Positions 1 through 9,754 are shown, counted from the first letter of the stretch. The stretch: DNA of 64,000 nucleotides from Bacteroidota bacterium (GCA_018267915.1 JAFDXN010000059.1:4655-68654), one strand, 5' to 3'. Numbers and translations: made by a program. Notes: generated by a model not told the origin, from the sequence alone.

Positions 1-73
1 CAGGAATTTTGCGGGCGCCGAAAAGCACGATAATAGCCAGTAATATCCACAGCCACTCACCACCGCCTGGCAT
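1..73 (-). CDS. tatA: Twin-arginine translocase TatA/E family protein, 5' end only (gene runs off left edge)
   Basis: Reverse complement of 1..73 reads ATG then MPGGGEWLWILLAIIVLFGARKIP. This is the TatA N-terminal TM helix plus the FG-x-(R/K)K-x-P hinge signature. It is absent from the ORF track because the window edge truncates it. Confidence 0.6.
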   Translation of the reverse strand, partial: MPGGGEWLWILLAIIVLFGARKIP

Positions 74-166
74 TGACAAGCAGAAAACAGGACGGATACT
101 TAATATGATGGCCACCATAAGCTTAAGATTGGTTAGTTAAAGGTACATAATTCCCTTCGGATTTAC

Positions 167-2611
167 CTAGACCGGGTCAACATCAAACAATATTTGCAGG
201 GAGGTAAAGCCTTTTTGCGCGGTGATAATATTGCGTTGTTCTTTTGCAACGAATTTGGTGTGCTCAATGGTTCTTATGTCGCGCGGGCATTTGATCCAAA
301 GTTCCTGTATGAAGAGGTTGCGTACGCGCGCTACAAGTGCGGGCACAGGCCCCTGCACCTGAATGCCATCCACCAGCTTTAATGCTTCCGCCAACTGGCC
401 GGCAGCGGCTACTGCCTTTGGTTCATCCTTATGCTTGAAGACAATTTTTATCAGTCGTGTAAAAGGCGGATAGGCAAAGCGGCTGCGGTATTGTATCTCG
501 TAGTCGTAATAGGTTTTCACATCGTGCTCCTGCACCCATTTCAAAACCGGGTGCTCCAGGTTGTATGCTTGGATGTACACCTTACCTGCGCCATCCGCTC
601 GGCCCGCGCGGCCTGCTACCTGCTCCATGAGCTGAAAGGCGCGCTCGTTGACCCTGAAATCGGGATAGCTCAGGAGTGTGTCTGCACTCAGGATACCAAC
701 CATGGCAATGTTAGCAAAGTCGAGCCCCTTTACCACCATCTGGGTGCCTACCAGTATATCTATTTTGTGTTTTTCCACTTCCTCCAATAATTTCGGCAGG
801 GCTTCTTTGCCGCGCATACTGTCGAGGTCCATGCGGGCAACACGCGCATCGGGGAAAAGTTGTTTAACCTCCTCTTCGATGCGCTCCGTGCCGAAGGTTT
901 TACTTTGTATGCGATTGCTGCCACAGGCGGGGCAGGTATGAACTATGGGATATTTAAGCCCACAGTAGTGGCAATGCAGTTTGTCGGAGCTTTTGTGGTA
1001 AGTAAGTGAGACAGCGCAATTGCGGCATTGGGGTATCCATCCACACATTACGCAAACCTGGAAGGGTGCATAGCCGCGGCGGTTTTGAAAGAGTATGATC
1101 TGTTTTCGCTGCTGCAATGCGGATAACATGGCCTGCTGCAACTCGGGTGTCAGCATTTTGAAGCCTTGCTGACGAACGGTATCGAGCGATTTCGCATTGA
1201 TCACCTCGATGGCGGGCATATTGACGCCCAGGTAGCGCTCCCGGATCTGTGCAAAGGCGTACTTGCCTTGCTTTACGTTGTAAAGACTCTCTATGGACGG
1301 AGTAGCTGAACCTAGTATGACTTTGGCTTTGTGCAGGCCTGCAAGAAATATCGCCGCATCGCGCGCGTGAAAGCGGGGGGAAGGGTCTTTTTGTTTGTAA
1401 GATCCATCGTGCTCTTCGTCGGCAATGATGAGGCCAATGTCGTTGTAAGGCAACCAAAGGGCAGAACGGGGCCCCACAATTATTTTATATCTGCCTTGCC
1501 GTACTTTTTCCCATATCTCGACCCGTTCGTTGTTTGTAAAGCGGGAATGGTAGACACCCAGCTCTTCGCCAAAGTAAGCATAGAGCCGGTTGACGAGCTG
1601 AGTAGTTAGTCCTATCTCGGGCAACAGGAATATGGCCTGCTTGCCGGCCGCAAGGCAGGCCTTTATTTTGTGGATATAGAGCAATGTTTTGCCGCTGCCC
1701 GTAACGCCGTGCAGGAGGGCAACGTCTTTTTCTTCCAGACCTTTCTCCAACTCGTCGAAGGCCTTTTGCTGCGCAGGGGTAAAGGCTATTGCTTTTACAT
1801 CTTTAGCTTCTTTGTAAACCAGCCTGTCCACTTCTTTCTCTTCGATGGTAAACACTCCTTTGTCGGCGAGGGCTTTTACCTGTGCGCCGGTTGCGCCTGA
1901 GCGCTCAATGAGATCGGCCTGGCGCACGAAATTGTTTTTCATGCTGAGCTCGATGTAGGCCATCAATAACTCCAACTGTTTCGGGGCTTTTTGGAGAGTA
2001 TCGAACAGCTGACGCATTGCGTCTTCGTTTTCGTAGGCCGGAGTGAGCGCTATTGTCTTTTCCTTTCTCGGGCGGTAGGAAGGCTCCAGAGTGTCGTTGA
2101 TGAGCACCACCTCCTTTTCCAGCAACTCATTCAGGACATCATTAAAGTGTTTCGGTCCTACTATGGCGCGTACTTCACTGATCGATAACTCTTTACGCAA
2201 TTCCAGCGCTTCGGCTGCAAGGTAGGCCTCATCGCTCCATTCATAAATTGCGTGCTCTACCGCCGGGGACCAAATAAGGGTTGTTTCCGCCATTAGCTTC
2301 AGGTGCGCCGGCAGGGCAGCCTGCATTACCTCGCCCGGTGCGGCCATGTAATAGTGTGTTATCCAGTCCCAGAAACGCAGTTGTGTTTCGTTGACAACCG
2401 GCTCCTCGTCTATAATGCTGCGAATGGGCTTGATGCTGTATAGTTCAGGCTTGTTATTGTGTACCTTCTGCACTACGCCTGCATATTGCTTGTTCTTCCC
2501 GAGCGATACCTCTACCCGCATGCCGGGACGCAGCAGGTCCTGCATTTCCGCTGGAACGCCATAGGTAAGCACCTGCGGCAGGTTTAGGGGAAGAATAATA
2601 TCGGCAAACAT
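167..2611 (-). CDS. priA: Primosomal protein N' (replication restart helicase PriA)
   Basis: 814 aa. Walker A GVTGSGKT, DEEH box (ADEEHD), and a Cys-rich zinc module CVMCGWIPQCRNCAVSLTYHKSSDKLHCHYCG typical of PriA. Confidence 0.95.
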   Translation of the reverse strand: MFADIILPLNLPQVLTYGVPAEMQDLLRPGMRVEVSLGKNKQYAGVVQKVHNNKPELYSIKPIRSIIDEEPVVNETQLRFWDWITHYYMAAPGEVMQAALPAHLKLMAETTLIWSPAVEHAIYEWSDEAYLAAEALELRKELSISEVRAIVGPKHFNDVLNELLEKEVVLINDTLEPSYRPRKEKTIALTPAYENEDAMRQLFDTLQKAPKQLELLMAYIELSMKNNFVRQADLIERSGATGAQVKALADKGVFTIEEKEVDRLVYKEAKDVKAIAFTPAQQKAFDELEKGLEEKDVALLHGVTGSGKTLLYIHKIKACLAAGKQAIFLLPEIGLTTQLVNRLYAYFGEELGVYHSRFTNNERVEIWEKVRQGRYKIIVGPRSALWLPYNDIGLIIADEEHDGSYKQKDPSPRFHARDAAIFLAGLHKAKVILGSATPSIESLYNVKQGKYAFAQIRERYLGVNMPAIEVINAKSLDTVRQQGFKMLTPELQQAMLSALQQRKQIILFQNRRGYAPFQVCVMCGWIPQCRNCAVSLTYHKSSDKLHCHYCGLKYPIVHTCPACGSNRIQSKTFGTERIEEEVKQLFPDARVARMDLDSMRGKEALPKLLEEVEKHKIDILVGTQMVVKGLDFANIAMVGILSADTLLSYPDFRVNERAFQLMEQVAGRAGRADGAGKVYIQAYNLEHPVLKWVQEHDVKTYYDYEIQYRSRFAYPPFTRLIKIVFKHKDEPKAVAAAGQLAEALKLVDGIQVQGPVPALVARVRNLFIQELWIKCPRDIRTIEHTKFVAKEQRNIITAQKGFTSLQILFDVDPV

Positions 2612-2743
2612 GCTGCTGCAAGTTACGGCCCCAAACCCCTAAAGGGGCTTAAGGGAAGCAAAATTGGGATAAATGTGGATATCTTAAGGCCGCGTTGTTA
2701 TGTTAAAACGGAATATCACCCCATTTGACGATATGATTTACCG

Positions 2744-2751
2744 TACCTTTG
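2744..2751 (+). promoter_or_regulatory. Bacteroidota-type -7 promoter box (TACCTTTG) for clpX
   Basis: Exact match to TAnnTTTG, 25 nt upstream of ATG 2776. It lies inside the TTG-extended ORF, which argues for the ATG start. Confidence 0.5.
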
Positions 2752-2775
2752 CCGCGTACCAGTACAGATATTTAC

Positions 2776-4029
2776 ATGGCAAAACAGATGGAAAGAAAAT
2801 GTTCTTTTTGCGACCGGGCGGAAAGTGAAGTAAGTATACTTTTCACGGGCATGAAAGGAAACATTTGCGACCAGTGCATTGAAAACGCCCATTACCTGCT
2901 GCAAGACGCTATGGGCGATCAGAAAAAGAAGGAAAAGGAGCAGAAACCTGCAACCGATCTTTCGCAACATAAAATTTACAAGCCCCGCGAAATAAAGCAG
3001 TTCCTGGACCAGTATGTGATAGGCCAGGATGATGCGAAAAAAGTACTCTCCGTAGCGATATACAATCATTATAAAAGGTTGATGATGCCTGCCCAGGATG
3101 ATGTGGAGATCGAAAAGTCGAACATCATTATGGTAGGGGAAACCGGTACGGGCAAGACCTTGCTTGCCAAAAGCATTGCGCGACTGCTGCAGGTGCCATT
3201 TGCAATAGTGGATGCCACGGTATTCACTGAGGCCGGCTATGTGGGCGAAGATGTAGAAAGTATTCTGTCGCGCCTGTTGCAGGCCAGCAATTATGATGTG
3301 GCGGCAGCGGAAAGGGGCATCGTTTACATAGACGAAATAGATAAGATAGGCCGCAAGAGCGACAACCCGTCCATCACCCGCGATGTGAGCGGGGAGGGCG
3401 TTCAGCAGGCTATGCTTAAATTGCTGGAAGGTGCTGAAGTGTTGGTGCCTCCGCAAGGTGGGCGCAAGCACCCCGAACAGAAGATGGTGAAGGTGAACAC
3501 ACAGAATATCCTGTTCATTTGCGGTGGTGCGTTCGAGGGCATCGATAAGATGATAGCCAGGCGTGTGCAAACTGCAGCAATTGGGTATAATGCGATAAAG
3601 GTGAGTAAGGACCTGGACCGTGCTAACCTGCTTCAATATGTAAATGCACAGGACCTGCGCACTTTCGGCCTGATACCTGAACTGCTGGGCCGCTTGCCTA
3701 TCATTACCTACCTGAACCCGCTGGACCCGGATGTGCTGAAACGCATCCTGACCGAGCCGAAGAATGCGCTGATCAAGCAATACACGAGACTGTTCGAGTA
3801 TGAAAAAGTAGCTCTTGAGGTAACTGACGAGGCATTGGATTTTATGGTTGCGAAAGCTGTAGAATACAAGTTAGGTGGTCGCGGCCTGCGTGCTATTTGC
3901 GAGATGATCCTGACCGATGCTATGTTCGACTTGCCGTCTGAAAAGCATAACGGACACCTGCTGATCACACAAGAGTATGCCCAACAGATGCTGGACCACT
4001 CGAAATTGGGGCTATCGAACGCAGCGTAA
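2776..4029 (+). CDS. clpX: ATP-dependent Clp protease ATP-binding subunit ClpX
   Basis: N-terminal C4 zinc finger (CSFC...CDQC), Walker A GETGTGKT, and an IDEIDK Walker B region. The ORF track start 2749 is a TTG, so ATG 2776 (MAKQMERKCSFC) is preferred. Confidence 0.95.
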   Translation: MAKQMERKCSFCDRAESEVSILFTGMKGNICDQCIENAHYLLQDAMGDQKKKEKEQKPATDLSQHKIYKPREIKQFLDQYVIGQDDAKKVLSVAIYNHYKRLMMPAQDDVEIEKSNIIMVGETGTGKTLLAKSIARLLQVPFAIVDATVFTEAGYVGEDVESILSRLLQASNYDVAAAERGIVYIDEIDKIGRKSDNPSITRDVSGEGVQQAMLKLLEGAEVLVPPQGGRKHPEQKMVKVNTQNILFICGGAFEGIDKMIARRVQTAAIGYNAIKVSKDLDRANLLQYVNAQDLRTFGLIPELLGRLPIITYLNPLDPDVLKRILTEPKNALIKQYTRLFEYEKVALEVTDEALDFMVAKAVEYKLGGRGLRAICEMILTDAMFDLPSEKHNGHLLITQEYAQQMLDHSKLGLSNAA

Positions 4030-4057
4030 TAATTGCAGGACCTAATCATAATATTGG

Positions 4058-4082
4058 AGCACCGCGGAAGCGGTGCTTTTTT
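4058..4082. terminator. Rho-independent terminator between convergent clpX and the 4081..4488 gene
   Basis: Perfect 8-bp stem agcaccgc/gcggtgct with GGAA loop, followed by a T-run. Confidence 0.7.
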
Positions 4083-4488
4083 ATGCCGGGTACCTGAGTG
4101 TGAAGTGTTGTTTTTCCCGGAATTCCTCCCTGAAAAATAAAAGGCCCCTGCTGTAGATATCAATACTCAGCCGCACGCGTTCATCGGCCACGAGGCGGTT
4201 CCATTGGATGGTGTGAGCCGGTGTGCGGTGAATATCGCGTAGGATAAGGGCAGTTCGCGGATCGCGGATATTGTCGAGCGCCTGCAGCCATTCGTCAGGT
4301 GGCAATCCATCTAGAAGGATCACAGGGGCATCTTCGAGGTAAGCGGCGAGTTTGCTGTGAAAAGGAGCCGAAGACCGGCTTTTGAGTACCTGTTCTATGA
4401 GGTTGTAAACAAAAGGAGAATGTACCCCATGTCGTGTTTTAGCTTTTAACCTGTATTTAAGGTATTCGGCAACAGAATGTGCGGTCAC
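4081..4488 (-). CDS. Short protein resembling the two ends of a class I SAM-dependent methyltransferase family (core apparently missing)
   Basis: 135 aa. The N-terminal HGVHSPFVYNLIEQVL and the C-terminal LLFFREEFREKQHFTLRY resemble, from memory, a roughly 230-250 aa Bacteroidota methyltransferase family. No GxGxG SAM motif is visible. The GTG start overlaps the folA stop (GTGA). Confidence 0.5.
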   Translation of the reverse strand: MTAHSVAEYLKYRLKAKTRHGVHSPFVYNLIEQVLKSRSSAPFHSKLAAYLEDAPVILLDGLPPDEWLQALDNIRDPRTALILRDIHRTPAHTIQWNRLVADERVRLSIDIYSRGLLFFREEFREKQHFTLRYPA

Positions 4489-4988
4489 AGGTCGAGGTGT
4501 TCGAACTTTTGGAAGGTATAGGCGTATTTATCAACCTCGTCGGCTTCATGTTTTTCTTCCCAAACCAGCTTCCAATGAGAATGGTCGATCTCGGGAAAAA
4601 AAGTATCCGCAAAGGGCACAGTTGTGTGTACACGCGTCATGTAGATCCTATCGAGCAGGGACATGGCTTCGGTGAATATTTTGCCCCCGCCAATAATAAA
4701 TCCTTCGCCGGCATCTTGTTGCTGCAGCAATTCAACACCTTTTTCCAGGCTATCGCAAAGCAGGACCCCTTCCGGCAGTTGCAGGTCCTTTTGGCTTGAA
4801 ACAACAATATTAAGCCTGCCCGGCAAGGGTCGGCCCAGTGATTCGTAGGTTTTGCGGCCCATTAAAACGGGTTTGCCTAAAGTGGTGCGCTTAAAGAACT
4901 TAAGGTCCTCGGGCAAGTACCACGGCAGCCCGTTTTGCTTGCCTATGGCATTGTCTTCCGCGGCAGCGACGATTGCAGAAATTATCAT
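4485..4988 (-). CDS. folA: Dihydrofolate reductase
   Basis: 167 aa. MIISAIVAAAEDNAIGKQNGLPWYLPEDLKFFKRTTLGKPVLMGRKTYESLG is the canonical DHFR N-terminus. The gene lies directly downstream of thyA. Confidence 0.95.
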   Translation of the reverse strand: MIISAIVAAAEDNAIGKQNGLPWYLPEDLKFFKRTTLGKPVLMGRKTYESLGRPLPGRLNIVVSSQKDLQLPEGVLLCDSLEKGVELLQQQDAGEGFIIGGGKIFTEAMSLLDRIYMTRVHTTVPFADTFFPEIDHSHWKLVWEEKHEADEVDKYAYTFQKFEHLDL

Positions 4989-5006
4989 TTTAATTCAAGG
5001 TCAAAA

Positions 5007-5801
5007 TTATACAGCGACAGGGGCCTTTATGGCAGGATGATACTGGTAATTTTCCAGGGTAAAGTCTTCGTAGGTGAACGCGAAAAGGTCGCTGACCGAT
5101 GGGTTTAGTTTCATTTGCGGCAAGGGAAGGGGGTCTCTCGTCAACTGAAGTTTTGCCTGTTCAACATGATTTTTGTACAGGTGAACGTCACCAAAAGTAT
5201 GTATAAATTCACCAGCCTGCAAACCGCATACCTGGGCCATCATCATGGTCAGGAGTGCATACGATGCGATGTTGAAAGGTACACCGAGAAAAACGTCGGC
5301 ACTACGCTGGTAAAGTTGGCAGCTTAGTTTGCCATCCGCAACATAAAACTGGAATAAGGCATGACATGGGCTCAACGCCATCTTAGGCAGGTCGGCCACG
5401 TTCCATGCGTTCACGATCATCCTCCGGCTGTCGGGGTTGGTCTTCAACTGGTGCAGCACGTCTTTTATTTGGTCATAGGTTTTGCCGTCAACGCCGGTCC
5501 AGCTGCGCCATTGGTGTCCGTATACTGGCCCGAGGTCACCGTTTTCATTTGCCCATTCGTCCCATATACTCACGCCGTGTTCTTTAAGCCAGGCGATATT
5601 GGTATCGCCTTTCAAAAACCACAGCAATTCGTAAATGATGGATTTTACATGCAGCTTTTTGGTAGTAACTAAGGGGAAACCACGCTGCAAGTCGAACCGC
5701 ATCTGGTAGCCGAAGACGCTGATAGTCCCCGTACCCGTGCGGTCACTTTTTTCAGTACCGGAGTGCATGATATGCTTTAGTAAGTCGAGATATTGCTGCA
5801 T
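5007..5801 (-). CDS. thyA: Thymidylate synthase (ThyA type)
   Basis: 264 aa. [26 protein letters not shown], the active-site region [13 protein letters not shown], and a C-terminus typical of ThyA. Confidence 0.97.
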   Translation of the reverse strand: MQQYLDLLKHIMHSGTEKSDRTGTGTISVFGYQMRFDLQRGFPLVTTKKLHVKSIIYELLWFLKGDTNIAWLKEHGVSIWDEWANENGDLGPVYGHQWRSWTGVDGKTYDQIKDVLHQLKTNPDSRRMIVNAWNVADLPKMALSPCHALFQFYVADGKLSCQLYQRSADVFLGVPFNIASYALLTMMMAQVCGLQAGEFIHTFGDVHLYKNHVEQAKLQLTRDPLPLPQMKLNPSVSDLFAFTYEDFTLENYQYHPAIKAPVAV

Positions 5802-5917
5802 GTGTTACAAAAATACTATAAGCGGCGCGTTTTGAGCCTATTTATATTGACTGTGGGGATATTGGGTGAATTTTGTAAAAATGAGTGTATTTTGCGACCT
5901 CAATTATTTGCCCGTAA

Positions 5918-6637
5918 ATGAGCAGCAAACTGTCGATCGTCATTCCCGCTTATAATGAAGGCGCTACCATTCACCATATCCTGAATAAGGTAAAGGCTGT
6001 TGTGCTACCCGATGGGATGATGAAAGAGGTGATCATCGTCAACGACTGCTCAAAGGACAATACTGAAGAAGCTATCCTGGCTTATAAGAATGCAAATCCT
6101 GAGCTTCCGATAAGCTATTACAAGCACGAGGTGAACCAGGGGAAAGGCGCAGCCTTGCATACAGGCATCAATAGTGCTACGGGTGATTATGTGATCATAC
6201 AGGATGCAGACCTGGAATATGACCCGCAGGAGTATAACATCCTGCTCAAGCCCATACTGGATGGTTTTGCAGATGTAGTATACGGCTCCCGGTTCATGGG
6301 GGGTAATCCGCACAGGATATTGTTTTTCTGGCATTCGATAGGCAACCGCTGGCTGACAACAGCATCGAACATGTTCACTAACCTGAACCTGACCGATATG
6401 GAGACCTGCTATAAGCTTTTCAGGCGCGAGACCATCCAGAGTATTAAGCTAAAGGAGAAGCGTTTTGGCTTTGAGCCGGAAGTAACGGCCAAACTATCAC
6501 GGATACCTAAGATACGCATCTATGAAGTGGGTATATCCTACTACGGGCGTACCTATGAGGAAGGCAAAAAGATAGGCTGGAAAGATGGCTTCAGGGCGCT
6601 TTACTGCATACTTAAGTACAACCTCTTCAGCAAATAG
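5918..6637 (+). CDS. Family 2 glycosyltransferase (polyprenol-phosphate sugar transferase-like)
   Basis: 239 aa. [18 protein letters not shown] and QDADLEYDP (DxD-type) motifs of GT2. Confidence 0.85.
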   Translation: MSSKLSIVIPAYNEGATIHHILNKVKAVVLPDGMMKEVIIVNDCSKDNTEEAILAYKNANPELPISYYKHEVNQGKGAALHTGINSATGDYVIIQDADLEYDPQEYNILLKPILDGFADVVYGSRFMGGNPHRILFFWHSIGNRWLTTASNMFTNLNLTDMETCYKLFRRETIQSIKLKEKRFGFEPEVTAKLSRIPKIRIYEVGISYYGRTYEEGKKIGWKDGFRALYCILKYNLFSK

Positions 6638-6702
6638 GCTGCGGCTTTCGTTATCTTTACAAAAGAAAATTGTTGTTTCCCTTCGAGGACTAAAATCGTA
6701 TT

Positions 6703-7215
6703 ATGCCCGTTATATTACCGGTGAAAGGCGTTTCGCCACAGATACCAGACGATTGCTTTGTGGCACCTAATGCCACTATAGTTGGTGACGTGAAGATGGG
6801 AGAGGGGTGCAGTATCTGGTTCAATGCAGTGGTGCGCGGTGATGTGAACAGCATCACTATGGGCGATAAAGTGAATGTGCAGGACGGCGCCTGTATACAC
6901 TGTACCTATGAAAAAACCAGGACGGTAATAGGCAACAATGTTTCAATAGGCCACAATGCGATAGTGCATGGCTGTACTGTAGAAGACAATGTGCTTATAG
7001 GCATGGGGGCTATTGTGATGGATCGTGTGCGGATAGGCCAGAATAGTATCATAGCAGCAGGTGCAGTGGTGCTTGAGGATACCGAGGTGCCAGCAGGCAG
7101 TATCTATGCCGGTGTGCCTGCAAAAAAGGTAAAAGATATAAGCCAGGAACTATTGAAGGGCGAGGTAGAGCGCATTGCCAATAATTACCTGATGTATAGC
7201 TCGTGGTTCAAATAG
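6703..7215 (+). CDS. Gamma carbonic anhydrase family / hexapeptide-repeat protein
   Basis: 170 aa. Left-handed beta-helix hexapeptide repeats (IGDVKMGEGCSIWFNAVVRGDVNSITMG...) typical of YrdA/PaaY-like gamma-CA proteins. Confidence 0.85.
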   Translation: MPVILPVKGVSPQIPDDCFVAPNATIVGDVKMGEGCSIWFNAVVRGDVNSITMGDKVNVQDGACIHCTYEKTRTVIGNNVSIGHNAIVHGCTVEDNVLIGMGAIVMDRVRIGQNSIIAAGAVVLEDTEVPAGSIYAGVPAKKVKDISQELLKGEVERIANNYLMYSSWFK

Positions 7216-7518
7216 CAGACGGCTGGAAGCTGCGCCAGTAAAGGCTTTTAGCTGATTATAGAAAAAAAATGCAAAAATCATAGGGTTTAAGCCGGAAAGT
7301 TCAAAAAGCCCACTTTTTTAAAAATTTTTTGAAAATCGCTTTGATTAGTAATTTTTTGTTCTTTTATTTGTGCTTGCAGCGACTGATAAAAGGTTCTTCC
7401 AGGCATCAGTGCAGAGGGAAAGCCCGCTAATAAAAAGCAGGCGAAGAGGTTGAAAAGAGAGTTTGAAAAAAACAAAAAAGGTTCTGCAAAAACAGTAGTA
7501 TTTTTTAACAATAACTAA

Positions 7519-7526
7519 TATATTTG
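7519..7526 (+). promoter_or_regulatory. -7 promoter box (TATATTTG) for the OMP gene
   Basis: Match to TAnnTTTG, 25 nt upstream of ATG 7551. Confidence 0.5.
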
Positions 7527-7550
7527 CTCCAAATCAAACACACAATCTAT

Positions 7551-8324
7551 ATGAAAAAATTGATCCTTGCTCTGTTGGCTGTAGGAAGCATAGGTACAGC
7601 TAATGCTCAAAGAAATTCCGTTTTAATGTATGGAAACGCCTACGTAGCTACGGACAATGTAGATTACGGTCCTTACAACGTAAGATCTACAAATTGGGGA
7701 ATCAACCCTGGCGTAGGTTACCAGGTAACTAATCACCTTACTTTGGGTCTTGAAGGCGGTTTCAACCAGCGCAACACCCCGATCACCGGCGCAACAATAA
7801 CTGGTGACAACACACTGGCTAACGTGTGGTATACACAAATAAATAACGATTGGAGCATCGCGCCTTTCCTGCGTGTTACTCACTATCTTGGTAACATATT
7901 CTTCGTTTACAACCAGATCAGCCTGGGTTATGTAGCCGGTACTTACGAATATGACGGTCTTTCTCCAAGGGCTTTCTACAATGGCCTCCAGACTTACTGG
8001 TATCCTGCTGTAGGTGCTTTCATCGGCAAAGGCTTTGCGCTTAACTTCAACGTTGGCGGTGTTTACTATCGTTACACTAATACGGATCAGGGTATCCCCG
8101 GTTCTATCAACATCGATCACAACACATTTAAAATCGGTTTCGGCCAGCAGATCAACCTGGGTATCTCTCGTAACATCGGTTGCGGCAGCATGCATCGCTA
8201 CCATGGCCATCACGAGCCAGGTGACGACACTCGCCACATGAATATGAGCGACGACGATGATGATGATGCACCAGCACCAAAAGCTCACAAAGCAAAGAAA
8301 ATGAAGAGCGATGATGACGAATAG
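7551..8324 (+). CDS. Outer-membrane beta-barrel (porin-family) protein with His/Asp-rich C-terminal tail
   Basis: Signal peptide MKKLILALLAVGSIGTANAQ, alternating aromatic/Gly beta-strand pattern, and a 51-aa hydrophilic tail. The ORF track start 7524 is upstream of the promoter box, so ATG 7551 is preferred. Confidence 0.7.
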   Translation: MKKLILALLAVGSIGTANAQRNSVLMYGNAYVATDNVDYGPYNVRSTNWGINPGVGYQVTNHLTLGLEGGFNQRNTPITGATITGDNTLANVWYTQINNDWSIAPFLRVTHYLGNIFFVYNQISLGYVAGTYEYDGLSPRAFYNGLQTYWYPAVGAFIGKGFALNFNVGGVYYRYTNTDQGIPGSINIDHNTFKIGFGQQINLGISRNIGCGSMHRYHGHHEPGDDTRHMNMSDDDDDDAPAPKAHKAKKMKSDDDE

Positions 8325-8345
8325 TCAAAAGCTCTAAAAATAGGT

Positions 8346-8377
8346 AAGTCCCGCCCATGTGGCGGGACTTCTTTTTT
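8346..8377. terminator. Bidirectional rho-independent terminator
   Basis: Perfect 10-bp stem aagtcccgcc/ggcgggactt with a 5-nt loop, followed by a T-run. It sits between convergent genes. Confidence 0.8.
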
Positions 8378-8413
8378 GTGGCTGGTTGCTTTATTGTTTT
8401 ATTGGAGTGCGTC

Positions 8414-9661
8414 TTAGAAGGGTGATTGCACGAAGAGCTGACGTGTAGCGCTGTTCCCGCCATCCTGCCAGAGGTAATAAATGTTCCCTTTGTGCACTTT
8501 CACTTTTTCCGCAAAAGGCTTACGGAGGGCGATAGGCGCGTTTTCCTTTTCGCCAGAATGTATATTCACTTCTTCGAGGCTTTGCGATACGGGGTCATAA
8601 ATATAAAACCTGGAAGTAGCGAGATCCTGGATGATGCTGATCCGAAATGTTTTGCCGGGATCGAAGGCGATACCGGTTTCGGGAAGGGCTTTGCCATCAG
8701 GCTCAAAATAATTGATCAGCATTTTGTTGAAATCAAAGATCACCAGGCTATCGGATGTGCGGAAGATGGGCAGGCCAAGGCTCCTGTAAGAAATGTCGTT
8801 TCTCAGCTTACGCATGCCATTCAGCTTCATTGCCTGCTTAAAATTGCCAAACTGAAGCATCGCTAGTATCTCTTGCTCTTCTTCCCAGTTGCCCCTTGCA
8901 TCAGCAGGCTGGCCTATAGTATAAAACGGCTTCGTTTCGAAGTCGTTGGCGTCTTTGTAGCTGTATACCGAGGTGAAAGCTTCCCTGTTCACGAAGTGAT
9001 AGTAGAATGTGGTGCCAATATTTTGCTCGCATTGGCTCAGCAAGGGCAGCATCTCTATGTCCCACGGGTACCCTATGCGAATGCCCGTTTCGTCTACGTC
9101 CAGCGGATACATTTTGTCTTTACTGATGCAGTAGTGGTGCCCGGTACAGCTCCTAAAGAGCGCAATGGGCTGATCCTGAAATTTTGTGAGTGCCAGGGTG
9201 TCACCTGCATCGTTGAGAAGGAAGAGTTTAGCATTCCGTCCGTTGTCGCCACTATAACTAGCTACAAGAATATTGTCGCCTGCAAAATCATAATCTACTA
9301 CATACTCCATTGCAGAGTGTAAAACGCGGCGAACCTTTTTGCTGTTTACCACTACATCATCTAGTATAACCGATAGCGGCTTGATGTAAACGACCGCACT
9401 GTTTTGATCCCTGATAGTATCGGGGTTGTAACCTTTGCGTAGCGCAATGAAATAATTATTGGGGGCTTTGATAGTTACGTAGCCGTCCTTATCGGAGCTC
9501 GTGAGCTCCCCGCCTTCAGGATCCAAAATGGAAACTTTGCTAACCGGGATGCGACTGCTGCTGTCCAGGAATTGCAAGCGTAGCTGCTGCTGAGCCGATG
9601 CATTCAATGCACGGCCCATGAGACAGGCGAAGAATATGCTGTATAGAGAAAGCTTTTTCAC
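8414..9661 (-). CDS. Secreted hypothetical protein with N-terminal carboxypeptidase-regulatory-like domain
   Basis: 415 aa. Signal peptide ending ASAQ, then a short beta-sandwich-like segment (LRLQFLDSSSRIPVSKVSILDPEGGELTSSDKDGYVTIKA). No catalytic motif recognised. Confidence 0.6.
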   Translation of the reverse strand: MKKLSLYSIFFACLMGRALNASAQQQLRLQFLDSSSRIPVSKVSILDPEGGELTSSDKDGYVTIKAPNNYFIALRKGYNPDTIRDQNSAVVYIKPLSVILDDVVVNSKKVRRVLHSAMEYVVDYDFAGDNILVASYSGDNGRNAKLFLLNDAGDTLALTKFQDQPIALFRSCTGHHYCISKDKMYPLDVDETGIRIGYPWDIEMLPLLSQCEQNIGTTFYYHFVNREAFTSVYSYKDANDFETKPFYTIGQPADARGNWEEEQEILAMLQFGNFKQAMKLNGMRKLRNDISYRSLGLPIFRTSDSLVIFDFNKMLINYFEPDGKALPETGIAFDPGKTFRISIIQDLATSRFYIYDPVSQSLEEVNIHSGEKENAPIALRKPFAEKVKVHKGNIYYLWQDGGNSATRQLFVQSPF

Positions 9662-9754
9662 GGAACAGCAGGCTTAGGATATAAAATTAAAGGAAATGCT
9701 GATCGGAGACTGTCAAAGGATTGTAAGTATTACAAGCTTTCCTTACCTTTTTTG

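Noticed and set aside
2716-3780. Long antisense ORFs opposite confirmed genes. Examples are 2716..3780 opposite clpX, 7623..8288 opposite the OMP, 30341..31021 opposite the TonB receptor, 58620..59417 opposite gcvP, and 61999..62712 opposite the M1 peptidase.
   Set aside because: Their translations are low-complexity and Arg/Cys/His-rich with no motifs. Each lies entirely inside a strongly supported gene on the other strand. This is typical shadow-ORF behaviour.
7287-7511. The 74-aa ORF in the gap upstream of the OMP gene, and the 74-aa ORF 63764..63988 in the M1 leader.
   Set aside because: Both have low-complexity, Phe/Leu/Cys-rich translations and lie in AT-rich non-coding DNA. Neither has promoter or motif support. 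The second spans the putative promoter box.
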